Source: Hyphomicrobiales bacterium | GTDB taxonomy: Bacteria > Pseudomonadota > Alphaproteobacteria > Rhizobiales > Xanthobacteraceae | NCBI GenBank assembly: GCA_031389105.1 | Contig: JANMSH010000413.1 | Location: 1-56,315 of the forward strand | Length of the DNA stretch: 56,315 nt | Direction of reading: 5' to 3' | Part shown: piece by piece, positions 1 through 9,476 of the stretch | How positions within the stretch are numbered: the first letter of the stretch is position 1 | Layout of the letters: each line of letters starts with the position of its first letter | Made by a program: the position numbers and the translations under genes | The notes under the pieces: generated by a model | Told to the model about the DNA's origin: nothing | Databases searched by the model: none | What the model saw: the letters and a program-made list of their open reading frames with translations, nothing else

Positions 1-1
1 A

Positions 2-244
2 CATTCTTTGGAGATGGTGTTCGACGACAAACCACTGGCGGACACGCTGCTCGGACCTGGCTACAAAATTCCGGTGATGCCGTCCGCCGCGATGTATGAC
101 AAGCGTCCCGACATCGTCGTCATTCTGGCCTGGCGTTATGCTGAGCCGATCATGGCCAAGCACAAACGCTTCGTCGAAAGCGGCGGCCGCTTCGCCGTTC
201 CATGGCCGAATTTTTCCATTCACGGGGTGACCACTAAGGCCTAG
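2..244 (+). CDS. C-terminal fragment of an NDP-hexose C-methyltransferase (partial, truncated by window start)
   Basis: The frame is open from base 2. 'VFDDKPL...PGYKIPV...RPDIVVILAWRYAEPIM...GGRFAVPWP' parallels the C-terminus of the full C-methyltransferase at 47623-48867 ('PGSRLPI...KPDYVLILPWNIKDEII...GGRFVIAIP'). Confidence 0.8.
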   Translation, partial: HSLEMVFDDKPLADTLLGPGYKIPVMPSAAMYDKRPDIVVILAWRYAEPIMAKHKRFVESGGRFAVPWPNFSIHGVTTKA

Positions 245-247
245 AGC

Positions 248-658
248 GTGCAGATCAAGCGCCTGTCACATATTTCAATGAGCACCCGTGACCTGGCGGC
301 GGTCGAGCGATTCTATGTCGACCTTATGGGCTTTGAGATCGCCCACGAGTTCCGCAATGCCGCCGGCGAGCGTTACGGGTTTTTCCTCCACGCCGGGGCT
401 GGCAGCTTTGTCGAGTTTTTTCAAAAGCGGGACGCCGGGCGTGAAGAGGGCCTATTCCGTCACATTTGTTACGAAACGGACGATATCGAAGCCTTTGCGG
501 TAAAGGTCCGGGCCTACGGCATCACCGATTTTACCGTTAAACGCGGCCGCACCGATCGAGTGCTTCAGTTCTTCATTCATGACCCAGACGGCGTCCAGAT
601 CGAGATTCAGCAACACGACCAAGAGTCGGTCTTAAGGCCCTATACCAAGGGTTATTGA
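248..658 (+). CDS. VOC (glyoxalase/bleomycin-resistance/methylmalonyl-CoA epimerase) family protein
   Basis: VOC metal-ligand pattern: 'LSHISM', 'FYVDLMGFE', 'VEFF', 'HICYETDD', 'FFIHDPDGVQIEI'. GTG start 3 nt after the upstream stop. Confidence 0.85.
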   Translation: MQIKRLSHISMSTRDLAAVERFYVDLMGFEIAHEFRNAAGERYGFFLHAGAGSFVEFFQKRDAGREEGLFRHICYETDDIEAFAVKVRAYGITDFTVKRGRTDRVLQFFIHDPDGVQIEIQQHDQESVLRPYTKGY

Positions 659-682
659 CGCCCCCTGCCCGCATGACCTAAC

Positions 683-708
683 TAGCGGCATATTCCCCCC
701 AAACTGGA
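683..708 (+). repeat. Copy 1 of an imperfect ~25-nt direct repeat flanking the mutase gene
   Basis: tagcggcatattccccccaaactgga (683-708) versus tagcggcaaatccccccaattgga (1837-1860). Copy 1 runs into the GGAGG RBS. Confidence 0.45.
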
Positions 709-717
709 GGTTTTTCC

Positions 718-1839
718 TTGGCTAAGATCCTTGTCATTGGCGGCGGCCCCGGCGGCTGCGCCTCCTCTCATTTCATGACGAATCTCGGCCATGATGTAAC
801 CCTCATCGAGCGCTCGCCTGTGCTCGGCGGCAGCTGCCGCACCTATTACTGGGGCGGACATCCTTACAATTTCGGTCCCCGTCACTTTCTGACAAAGATC
901 GACAAGGTCTGGGAGTACTTCAATAAATATTGCCCGATGAAGCGGTACGAAGGTCACGAATTCCTGACCTATATCGAGCGCGACAATTCGTTCTACCACT
1001 TCCCGATTCATCGCGACGAAGTGGATGAGATGCCCGACGCCGAAAAAATCCGGCAGGAACTGGCACAGGTTCCCGGCGCCAAAGGCGCGAAGAACCTCGA
1101 AGAATATTGGCTGATGTCGGTCGGTCCGACGCTCTACGACAAGTTCGTCAACAATTACTCCAAGAAGATGTGGGACATTCCGTCCAACACCGAGCTCACC
1201 GACTTCGGCTTCACGCCCAAAGGCGTTGCACTCAAGACCGGCCCAATCAAAGCGGCCTGGTCCGAGGCCATGTCCGGCTTCCCCAAATCGCGCAACGGCT
1301 ACGACGATTACTGGGAAGTCGCGACCGCCGACACCAAGGTCATGCTCAATACGACGATCGAGGAATACGACATTCCGCACAAGCGAGTGAAGATCGCCGG
1401 CGAATGGACCACGTGGGATGTCATCATCAGCACCCTGTCGCCGGAAGACCTGTTCGGCTCCTGCTTCGGAAATCTGCGCTGGATGGGCCGCGACTTCCTG
1501 AAGATCGTGCTGCCGGTGCAGGAAGTGCTGCCGAAGCACATCTATTTCCTGTATTACGCCAACGACGAACCGTTCACGCGCATGGTCGAATACAAGAAGT
1601 TCTTCGAGTGGGATCGCGACTCGCCGACCACGTTGATCGGGCTTGAAGTGCCCTCGAAGCGGAACAAGCTCTATCCGTTCCCGATGGCGGCCGATCAGGC
1701 CTTGGCCAAGAAGTACTTGGACCTGCTGCCGCAGGACGTCTATTCGATCGGCCGCATGGGCACGTACCGCTATCTCGATATCGGCAACATCATCGAGCAG
1801 TGCTTCGATCTGCAGGACAAGATCGGCAAGGCGAAGTAG
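718..1839 (+). CDS. glf: UDP-galactopyranose mutase (Glf)-like FAD-dependent NDP-sugar pyranose/furanose mutase
   Basis: N-terminal GGGPGG FAD-binding motif, 'YSKKMW', 'FTRMVEYKKF', 'YPFP', and C-terminal 'GRMGTYRYLDI' typical of Glf. TTG start with GGAGG RBS. The 'HIFH' region is divergent (NFGPRHFLT). Confidence 0.75.
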   Translation: MAKILVIGGGPGGCASSHFMTNLGHDVTLIERSPVLGGSCRTYYWGGHPYNFGPRHFLTKIDKVWEYFNKYCPMKRYEGHEFLTYIERDNSFYHFPIHRDEVDEMPDAEKIRQELAQVPGAKGAKNLEEYWLMSVGPTLYDKFVNNYSKKMWDIPSNTELTDFGFTPKGVALKTGPIKAAWSEAMSGFPKSRNGYDDYWEVATADTKVMLNTTIEEYDIPHKRVKIAGEWTTWDVIISTLSPEDLFGSCFGNLRWMGRDFLKIVLPVQEVLPKHIYFLYYANDEPFTRMVEYKKFFEWDRDSPTTLIGLEVPSKRNKLYPFPMAADQALAKKYLDLLPQDVYSIGRMGTYRYLDIGNIIEQCFDLQDKIGKAK

Positions 1840-1845
1840 CGGCAA

Positions 1846-1874
1846 ATCCCCCCAATTGGAACAATTGGGGGGAT
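1846..1874. terminator. Perfect 13-bp stem-loop just after the glf-like stop (possible terminator or RNA-stability hairpin)
   Basis: atccccccaattg-gaa-caattggggggat. There is no clear U-tract on the + strand. Confidence 0.5.
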
Positions 1875-1993
1875 AAACCCATAAAATACACAGCCATTGC
1901 GATTTTTGGGCCGCGCCGCTAGGGTGCGGGCGTGCTATGCAATATTCGGATTTTATCGAATAAATACAAGCACTTGATGCAATTGGCCGTGCA

Positions 1994-3166
1994 ATGGGGA
2001 CTTGGATGACCGCGGCGGATACTGTTACGCTTCCCGCACAGCAGCAGACACTGTCCGCGCGCGCGCGTCTTATGGCTCTGCCGAAGCCGGAGCCGTCCGC
2101 CGGCACAGCGGCCTATTTGCATGAACGCGAACTCGCCCTGGCGTTCGAGCCGCGCCGGCGCGCGAACTACGACACCTATCTCAAAGCCAGGTCGCATAAA
2201 ACCGCGCAACTCGATTACCTGCCGATCAAGCTCGACATCGAGAATGTGAGCCGCTGCAACTTCCGTTGCACGATGTGCCAGGTCAGCGATTGGCATAAGG
2301 GAACGCGGGCGAAAGACCTTCCGCTCGAATGCTTCAAACGTATCATCGATGAGCAATACGGCCTCGTTGAGATCAAGCTGCAGGGCATGGGCGAGCCGCT
2401 TCTTCAGCGCGACGACTTCATCGAAATGATCAAATACACGCGCCGTTCGCACATCTGGGTGCGTACGACGACAAACGCGTCGCTGCTGCACCTTCGCAAC
2501 AATTACCAGAAGCTCATCGATGCGGATCCGAATGAAGTTCAGATCTCGATCGATGGCGCGACCAAGGAAACCTTCGAGGGGATTCGGCGGCAGTCGGATT
2601 TCGAACAGGTCATTAAGAACTGCGTTACGATCAACAATTATTGCCGCGAAAAAGGCGTGCGCCGCACGAAAATGTGGGTGGTCGTTCAGAAGCAGAACGT
2701 CCACGAGGCCCACCAGTTGCTCGATCTTGCCCATAAGGCCGGATTTGAGGATCTAGTCTATTCGATCGACCTCAATTTCTGGGGCCAGCAGAGCTGGCAA
2801 AAGACCAACACCGCCGTGGCCGCGGAAGGTGAAATGGGTCCCGATCTATGTGAAGAGCTGGTCGAGCGTGGAGCAAAGCTCGGCGTCCGTGTTTCGTTCT
2901 GGATCATCATGGACAAGTTCAGCACCAAATCGCACGATACGCTGTGCATGTGGCCCTTCGAGCGCGCCTATGTGTCTTCCGACGAGCGCGTAGTACCGTG
3001 CTGCATGATTGCAAACCCGCAGGTCTCCGATCTCGGCGACGCCAAGGACTTCACCGCGGCGTGGCACAGCAAGACCTATCAGGATTTTCGTCAGGCCCAT
3101 ATCGACGGCCGCATCCCGGACGTCTGTAAGACTTGCTATGCGGGCTCGAACAATAGTGACAAATGA
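1994..3166 (+). CDS. Radical SAM protein with SPASM/twitch C-terminal domain
   Basis: CNFRCTMC (CxxxCxxC), 'GMGEPLL', 'TTTNASLL', 'QISIDG', and C-terminal C-x17-CC ... CKTC. Confidence 0.9.
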   Translation: MGTWMTAADTVTLPAQQQTLSARARLMALPKPEPSAGTAAYLHERELALAFEPRRRANYDTYLKARSHKTAQLDYLPIKLDIENVSRCNFRCTMCQVSDWHKGTRAKDLPLECFKRIIDEQYGLVEIKLQGMGEPLLQRDDFIEMIKYTRRSHIWVRTTTNASLLHLRNNYQKLIDADPNEVQISIDGATKETFEGIRRQSDFEQVIKNCVTINNYCREKGVRRTKMWVVVQKQNVHEAHQLLDLAHKAGFEDLVYSIDLNFWGQQSWQKTNTAVAAEGEMGPDLCEELVERGAKLGVRVSFWIIMDKFSTKSHDTLCMWPFERAYVSSDERVVPCCMIANPQVSDLGDAKDFTAAWHSKTYQDFRQAHIDGRIPDVCKTCYAGSNNSDK

Positions 3167-3283
3167 CATCTAGGGGCGCGGCCCGGATTGAGGCGCGGTC
3201 ATCGCATATAAATCTACAGTCGATCTTCATTTAGGCACGCGTGATGGCGCCTCTGTCGCCGCCCGCCAGTTATTGTTGGGATT

Positions 3284-4210
3284 ATGAAACACGATAGTAC
3301 GGCACTGGGATCCGATATAGCGCGCGACCGCAAGCAAGCGCGGGCGCGAATGATCGCAAATTTTGTGGTCAAGGTTCTCGGACTGAACACGCCGGGTCCA
3401 ATCTCCACCGAGATCGTTCAGGCCATTCATCCGACGGCCCAAGTCGATACCGCCTATGGGCCCCTTGTGTGCAGGGCCGGGCACGGCCGGCTGGCGTGGC
3501 GGGCGGCGACGTTCTTTACGGAAGAGCCGGATACGATCGAGTGGCTCGATGCGTTGCAGCCAACGGATGTGCTTTGGGACATCGGTGCGAATGTCGGCAT
3601 GTACTCGATTTATGCCGCCAAGTTTCGCCAATGCCGAGTCTATGCCTTTGAGCCGGAAAGCCAGAACTACGCATTGTTGATCGACAATATGTCGCTCAAC
3701 CACGTCAATGAAAAGCTCAGCGCGACCTGCGTCGCACTTAATGATGCCGAACAATTCGGAAATCTGACGGTCCCCTTCATCACGAAAGGCGGCGCCTATA
3801 ATCTTTTCGGCGCACCAGACAAGACTGGACAGGACGTGCCCGATAGTGTGCGCGCCGCAGAGGGCTTCTGGGACGGTGATCGCGTCAAACAACTGACCTT
3901 TGGCTGTACGATCGATGACCTTGTATTCCGGCATGGCTTTACGCCGCCGACCCATATCAAGATCGACGTCGACGGTATCGAGTACAAGATTATCAAGGGC
4001 GCTAAGCGGACGTTGGAAAGCCCACAGCTCAAATCTCTATTGGTCGAACTCAACGAAAAATCTCAGTTGGACGCCGAAGTCCCGGGAATTCTTGAGCGCG
4101 GCGGCTTCAAGCTCGTGAAGAAGCGGTCAGTTTGGGACTCGAAGCCCGATAAAACGCGTCAATCGGAGATGCCGGCCTACAATGCAATCTTCATGCGGAA
4201 CGATCCGTAA
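3284..4210 (+). CDS. FkbM family methyltransferase
   Basis: 'WDIGANVGMYS', 'VYAFEP' and 'HIKIDVDGIE' FkbM motifs. Confidence 0.9.
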   Translation: MKHDSTALGSDIARDRKQARARMIANFVVKVLGLNTPGPISTEIVQAIHPTAQVDTAYGPLVCRAGHGRLAWRAATFFTEEPDTIEWLDALQPTDVLWDIGANVGMYSIYAAKFRQCRVYAFEPESQNYALLIDNMSLNHVNEKLSATCVALNDAEQFGNLTVPFITKGGAYNLFGAPDKTGQDVPDSVRAAEGFWDGDRVKQLTFGCTIDDLVFRHGFTPPTHIKIDVDGIEYKIIKGAKRTLESPQLKSLLVELNEKSQLDAEVPGILERGGFKLVKKRSVWDSKPDKTRQSEMPAYNAIFMRNDP

Positions 4211-4278
4211 CGATTGCTGCTGGGCGGGCTAGGCTCCTCAATATTAGGTTCAAAATTTTCGAGCGAAACGAAGGGCCA

Positions 4279-5550
4279 ATGGCGAAAGCAACACAGTCAA
4301 AATTACTGGACATCGATTCTTACGACACCGCGGAAGCTGCAGCGGCGGAAAAGAATTCGATTCGCGTTAATCAGGCCTTCTTTCCGGAGATGTTTGCAAC
4401 GGTCGGTTACCCGGCGCGCGTCAGCCGCCTCGATCAGCTATGGCGTTATATCGACGTCATGCATGAAACCCGGACCGACTACAATATGGACGTTCTACTG
4501 CATGGACTGACGACCCGCGAATTCGATTTGTTCAAGGAAGTCACCCGCATCGTGGATAGCCACGCTACGCAACACTATGATAGACGCGCGCACGCTTCCG
4601 CCGCGCTGTTGCGCGCAATTCACGTGCTTCGGCTCATTAAAATCGCGACCGGCAACGAGCGGCCCGCAGTCCTCGAAGTCGGCCCGGGCTGCGGATATCT
4701 AGCCATGCTGTTGGTGTTGGAAGGCTATCCGTACGTCGGCACCGACATTGCGCAGGCGTTCTATCTTTATCAGAGCCATATGCTGTCGCATGTCGCGACC
4801 AATCTGATGGAAATGGCGATTGAGGATGGCGACGTTCTGTCGCTGGAAACGCCAAAGCCCGGCACGGCTATTCATATTCCGTGGTGGAAGTGGGCCACAT
4901 TGACGCCGGACAAGATTAAACTGTCTGCCGGAATTATGACAAGCAATCATTGCCTCTGTGAGATGCATCCGAACAGTTTTGCTTATCTCGCCAGGGTATC
5001 GAGCGGCATCCTGGGAAGGCACCCAGGCGGTGGCAGGTTTGTTTTCGATAGCTGGGGCTACGATTTGCTTCACGGCGAAGAAGTCGTGCTCGCAAAATTC
5101 ATGGACCACGGATTCCGCCTTTGCCACAACGAAGTTGGCGTTTCGGCCATGGCGCTTGCGGATCATGTCCAGGGGTGGACCGTTTACGGGGCCGTTTCAG
5201 TTCCCGTCGCACCGGTTGAGAAAAAGAATGTGCTCGACGTCATAAATCAGGTGCCCTGGCTTAAAAAGCCCCTGGTGGCCACCATCAAACGTTTCCCAAC
5301 GCTGCGCAGCGCGCTCATTCAACTCCTACTTCCGCAGCCTCCGGCGCCGGGTCCGAAATCGACTCAGGTCCCTGAGTTCAAAGCTTCAAATCCGCTTTCG
5401 CAGCAACTCATAGCTGGCCGTAATGCCGTATTTGAAAAGGCGACGGTTGGGATGCCTGAGATCAAGAGCTTCCTCAAAGCTCATTTCAACGGGGTCATCC
5501 CCGAACACCCGGACGAGACTTTCTTCAACATTATTGGCACCCGACAGTAG
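4279..5550 (+). CDS. Putative sugar O-methyltransferase-like protein (class I SAM fold), paralog of 9477-11342
   Basis: SAM motif I 'VLEVGPGCGYL', plus 'AFYLYQSH', 'HIPWWKW' and 'SNHCLCEM'. Confidence 0.65.
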   Translation: MAKATQSKLLDIDSYDTAEAAAAEKNSIRVNQAFFPEMFATVGYPARVSRLDQLWRYIDVMHETRTDYNMDVLLHGLTTREFDLFKEVTRIVDSHATQHYDRRAHASAALLRAIHVLRLIKIATGNERPAVLEVGPGCGYLAMLLVLEGYPYVGTDIAQAFYLYQSHMLSHVATNLMEMAIEDGDVLSLETPKPGTAIHIPWWKWATLTPDKIKLSAGIMTSNHCLCEMHPNSFAYLARVSSGILGRHPGGGRFVFDSWGYDLLHGEEVVLAKFMDHGFRLCHNEVGVSAMALADHVQGWTVYGAVSVPVAPVEKKNVLDVINQVPWLKKPLVATIKRFPTLRSALIQLLLPQPPAPGPKSTQVPEFKASNPLSQQLIAGRNAVFEKATVGMPEIKSFLKAHFNGVIPEHPDETFFNIIGTRQ

Positions 5551-5680
5551 TATGTTGCTGCCGACATGAAGCGGGGACCAAGTAACAGTGCGCGTCTTCG
5601 CACTTCGACAGAATCGGCACCATTTTTGCCTGTAGAGGGTTTTAAGTTCTTAACCTGACGCGAATTGAAGACGCTGAAAA

Positions 5681-7288
5681 ATGATACGACAAGCACGTGA
5701 CTTCCTCATCAATCAGGCAAAAAAGGTGCGTCGGCAGCCGTCGCGCGTTTTCGTCATACCTTACCTCATCGTTACTTTTATTCTTCGGCAAGTCATCAGG
5801 GCCATTCGGCAGCCAACGCGCATTGGCATGCTTTTGTTTCGGTTTAAAGCCTTAGTACGCTCCGCCATTATGGAATTTTTGCTGCGTGATAATGCGGTAT
5901 CGAGACTTCTATTCCCTATCGCGAGACGGTGGCTTCCGGCTTCAGCTTTTTCTCTAGCTGCGGATCACTATTTTCAAATCGCCCACAAGCAACTCGATGC
6001 AAACGAGCCTGAGGCGGCATGGAAATCTTTTCGCTCTTGTTTACGATTTAGCTCAGAGCCCGTTCATTTCTTTGTTACTGCAATATGTTTGATGGTCGGG
6101 TTGGGCCGCTTTCAAGAAGCGATGGCGCTTTTTACGCGCGGCAATACGATCCTCCTAGAACGAGCCAAAGCCCTCGGAATCGCCGATTCAAAATTGCGAT
6201 TTCTTGAACATTTTTGGGTGGGTGGCTTTGGCCATTTGGCTCAAATGGACTACTTCGTGAAACATGAGATATTGGAGGGCCGCACTCGCGCCGATTCAGT
6301 CCTCTATATTCCGCGCGGCTTCTCTGTTCCGAACAGGTTTCTGCTCGACCTCTGGCGCCCATTTTTGCAAGTCGTTGAAGACGAGGCAGATCTGCCGATG
6401 CCTCTAGGCGCCCTGAGTGCCTTATCATTTTATTTTTTGGCATCGCGATTATTCGACGGATCAACGGTGCATCTTTGGGAGATCGGAGCAAAGGCCTATC
6501 AGCGCTGGGAGAATGAAAAACGCGCCCCGCTTTTAAACCTTAGTCCCGAAATCGAACGCCGTGGATGGCAGGTGCTTGAAAAAAATGGCATACCGCGCGA
6601 CGCTTGGTTTGTTGCTCTCCATGTTCGGGAAGCGGGTTCAAAAAAATATCACGTCGATCTGCACAATGTATTGAATGCAAGTATCGCCGACTACCTTCCG
6701 GCGATCGAAGAGATCACGCGGCGTGGCGGCTGGGTTATTCGCATGGGAGACCCTTCCATGAGGGCGCTCCCGTTGGCCGCGAATGTTTTTGACTATTGTC
6801 AGAGCGACGACCGTTCGGACTGGATGGACATTTTCTTATGCGCCTCAGCACGGTTCTTTGTGGGCACTTCGTCTGGGCCTGCCTACGTGCCGACCGACTT
6901 TGGCGTACCTTGCGTGCATACTAACTGGTGGCCGCCAGCGCAAAGACCTTGGCATAACAGAGATATTTTTATCCCGAAACTTTACCGCAAGATGGACAAC
7001 GAGAAGCTCCTAACGCTATCGCAATCGCTTCGCGAGCCATTTGGCTATTGTAACTCCATCCCCTATTTGAAAAAGACTCAGCGTGTAGAGGTCGTCGACA
7101 ATTCGCCGGAAGACATTCGCGCCGCCGTTATCGAAATGCTGGAGCGTCTGGAAAACAAAATTAATTACGACGTGGACGATATGAAGCTGCGCGAAAAGGC
7201 GCAGTACATCTACCAATCAAACAATGTACATGGCGCGGCGCTTCTTGTACGCGCCTTCCTGAAGAAGCACGCATTTCTGCTGGAGTGA
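5681..7288 (+). CDS. TIGR04372-family putative glycosyltransferase (copy 1)
   Basis: 'GGFGHLAQMD', 'WFVALHVRE', 'GGWVIRMGDP', 'DWMDIFL', 'FFVGTSSGP', 'FGVPCVHTNW', 'VVDNSPEDI'. Helical/TPR-like N-terminal half. Confidence 0.8.
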   Translation: MIRQARDFLINQAKKVRRQPSRVFVIPYLIVTFILRQVIRAIRQPTRIGMLLFRFKALVRSAIMEFLLRDNAVSRLLFPIARRWLPASAFSLAADHYFQIAHKQLDANEPEAAWKSFRSCLRFSSEPVHFFVTAICLMVGLGRFQEAMALFTRGNTILLERAKALGIADSKLRFLEHFWVGGFGHLAQMDYFVKHEILEGRTRADSVLYIPRGFSVPNRFLLDLWRPFLQVVEDEADLPMPLGALSALSFYFLASRLFDGSTVHLWEIGAKAYQRWENEKRAPLLNLSPEIERRGWQVLEKNGIPRDAWFVALHVREAGSKKYHVDLHNVLNASIADYLPAIEEITRRGGWVIRMGDPSMRALPLAANVFDYCQSDDRSDWMDIFLCASARFFVGTSSGPAYVPTDFGVPCVHTNWWPPAQRPWHNRDIFIPKLYRKMDNEKLLTLSQSLREPFGYCNSIPYLKKTQRVEVVDNSPEDIRAAVIEMLERLENKINYDVDDMKLREKAQYIYQSNNVHGAALLVRAFLKKHAFLLE

Positions 7289-7317
7289 TCAAGCGAGGCC
7301 ACCGAAATTTGTCGGCC

Positions 7318-7617
7318 TTAGTGCGCGCCCGAAACGAACGACGACCGTACACTATTGAGCGACTCTACCGCCGACCTAAACAGCTCGGGCCATTGTTCGG
7401 GGTGCGGAAACCCTAACACAACTGCACAGGCCAAGATCGTTACGGCAAATCCACCCGGCATAAGCCACCGTAGCCCGTAGCCGAGCAGAGACGAGAAGTA
7501 GACGAAAACTGCGATAAGCCCGGCTTTGACAATGCTACCGCTCAAATAGTAGAGCGCCCCGGCCACGCAGACGGCATTCCAAGCACATGTCACTGCAAAA
7601 CGTTCCTGGGGAGTCAT
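7318..7617 (-). CDS. Small hypothetical membrane protein (~3 hydrophobic segments)
   Basis: 99-aa ATG-started ORF fills an otherwise empty gap and has long hydrophobic stretches. Confidence 0.5.
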   Translation of the reverse strand: MTPQERFAVTCAWNAVCVAGALYYLSGSIVKAGLIAVFVYFSSLLGYGLRWLMPGGFAVTILACAVVLGFPHPEQWPELFRSAVESLNSVRSSFVSGAH

Positions 7618-7819
7618 GATTCTTGCTTCGCCATTTCTTTACCGCCGGTAGAAAATAAAATCGATCACCCAAACATTGTAGGCATTGCGATATACAATCC
7701 ACAAGCGAAAAAGTGACTTAGAATATAGGCATCCACAAATCCGAGCTTTGACTTAGCCACAGATAGCACCCTGCGCTACCGTTGGCTTAGACGATGCTCG
7801 TCGGAGCGGTGCCGGTCAT

Positions 7820-8533
7820 CTAATTGAATGAGAAAATATACTTTTGCGGAGCAAATGGAGCCTCTACTTGTTCGAAGGCCTTTTGCTCCGCGTTGGCGAT
7901 TTGCGCCATCACGAGATATCTCTTCGCCAGCGCGGCAACAAAATTCATCACGGCCGGCGAGTCCGGGTCTTTTGCGATCACGTAAGTTGGCGCCTCTTCA
8001 AACGTGAGAGCAAGAAACGTGTAGCCGGTTTCAGTCACGAAATCGTTCACGGCTCTAACGACGCCATTATGATGCGCCCTTGCGATCGGTATCGTCTGAA
8101 AGTCATGCCCGGTGATGAGACCGTTACGCTTCACTTTTTTATCGAACGCACGGAGGTCCGCCAGGCATCCTTCGTAAGTGTGGATGGCATCGACGTGAAG
8201 GAAATCGAAGTATCCGTCCGGAAAAGTATCCACGACCTCCGTGGATAATCCGCGATGAATTTCTACAACGCCAGCGCTAATGGGCTCGGCAAATTTTGTT
8301 CGGACGGCCTCGCATCTGCGGTCTCCTTCTTCATCAGAAGTATTGTTCGCGTCCATCACGTAATCCGGGATTGCTTGAAACCGCCACGGGTCGATCAGGT
8401 GCAGCTTGGCCGGCTTCAGGTAGGTCAATAGGTGGCCGGCGTAAAACGCCTCAGCGACTCCGATTTCGCCGGCAATGCCGCCCGGGGCCATACAAGTCAG
8501 AATATCGATTCGATTTGCGTTCACTAAAAGCAT
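7820..8533 (-). CDS. Class I SAM-dependent methyltransferase (Methyltransf_24-like)
   Basis: 'GEIGVAE', 'LHLIDPW', 'FDFLHVDAIHTYEG', 'GLITGHDF'. I moved the start to the ATG at 8533, 11 nt after the upstream stop. Confidence 0.8.
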   Translation of the reverse strand: MLLVNANRIDILTCMAPGGIAGEIGVAEAFYAGHLLTYLKPAKLHLIDPWRFQAIPDYVMDANNTSDEEGDRRCEAVRTKFAEPISAGVVEIHRGLSTEVVDTFPDGYFDFLHVDAIHTYEGCLADLRAFDKKVKRNGLITGHDFQTIPIARAHHNGVVRAVNDFVTETGYTFLALTFEEAPTYVIAKDPDSPAVMNFVAALAKRYLVMAQIANAEQKAFEQVEAPFAPQKYIFSFN

Positions 8534-8544
8534 TGCGATTTTCC

Positions 8545-9396
8545 CTAAGCGAGTTCGACAAACTTGTAGGCCGAAGTGGGAGCTATTCCCGTCTCCCGAT
8601 ATAACGAAGGAACCTCGTATGCAGCCTTGATAAGGCGCCGGGCCCGCGAGCACAAATCTCGCATCTCTGGCGTATGGACGTAAGTCCACATCCTGCCGAA
8701 CTCCACCCACTTAACGACTTCGTCCAGCTCCAGCGAATCGTTGACGATCATGTCGATCGAGGGAATCGGCGGCCATCCGCAGCCCGTTATTGTTTCCATC
8801 GGCCATGAATCGTCGACGATCATGTACTTGAACCCACGCTCGAAAGTCTGAAGAACACGCCTTGCTTGGTTCTGATGATCATCGAAGAAGCTAAGCCCCT
8901 TTGCGTCCGTACCGCAGCGGATATCCGACTGCATCCAATCGCTCGCATGATAGTTCACGCCGGGGGTCCGAGCAGCATCCTGCAGATTTGGATCGAACGC
9001 ATGGATCGTTGCTTTCGGGCATGCCTTCGACAGAAAATAGGACGACTGGCCTTTGTAGACGCCACTCTCGACAATCAAGCCCGGCGTCAAGCAACGAGTC
9101 ATCAGAAACAGATTAATACCGCTCGGAAAGTTTGCGCCGCCGGAATTCATATCCACCGGACTCTCGAGGAACACGTCCCGAAATTCACCCGTCGCCTTCG
9201 TAACCGTATCGAGGTCGATGTGCCGAAGCGCTTCGGTGCTTTGGAAAAATTTGTGTACCGTTTTGGCGATAAGAGCGTCCTGCCTCTCGATCATTCTCGG
9301 ATTGAGGTGAAAGAGCTCCACCCCTTTCGAAGAGTATTTTTTAGCGACTTTAACAAAATCGCGTGGCAGATGATCGAGAAGCGAGGGATTTTCCAC
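8545..9396 (-). CDS. Hypothetical protein with methyltransferase-like fold
   Basis: 'LIVESGVYKGQSS', 'IHAFDP', 'FFDDHQN' and 'YMIVDD' resemble a SAM-binding Rossmann pattern. The gene is tightly packed within the operon. Confidence 0.6.
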   Translation of the reverse strand: MENPSLLDHLPRDFVKVAKKYSSKGVELFHLNPRMIERQDALIAKTVHKFFQSTEALRHIDLDTVTKATGEFRDVFLESPVDMNSGGANFPSGINLFLMTRCLTPGLIVESGVYKGQSSYFLSKACPKATIHAFDPNLQDAARTPGVNYHASDWMQSDIRCGTDAKGLSFFDDHQNQARRVLQTFERGFKYMIVDDSWPMETITGCGWPPIPSIDMIVNDSLELDEVVKWVEFGRMWTYVHTPEMRDLCSRARRLIKAAYEVPSLYRETGIAPTSAYKFVELA

Positions 9397-9476
9397 GAAC
9401 GCCTTACCTTACTTGGTCAACTATCGTGCCGCTGAATTGCAACCGCGCCAAAACGGGCTCCGCGGCAAGACTAGAA

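Noticed and set aside
657-671. Exact 15-mer gacgccccctgcccg at the stop of both the VOC gene (657-671) and the wbqC-like gene (21488-21502)
   Set aside because: One GC-rich 15-mer match in 56 kb is within chance expectation. There are only two copies and no further structure.
682-2734. Long antisense ORFs (682-2106, 1919-2734) and many similar ones (e.g. 15135-16523, 24593-25771, 28534-29544, 30661-31818, 32915-34099, 36034-37095, 38379-39494)
   Set aside because: These are shadow or alternate-frame ORFs of GC-rich genes that carry clear family motifs. They have no motifs of their own.
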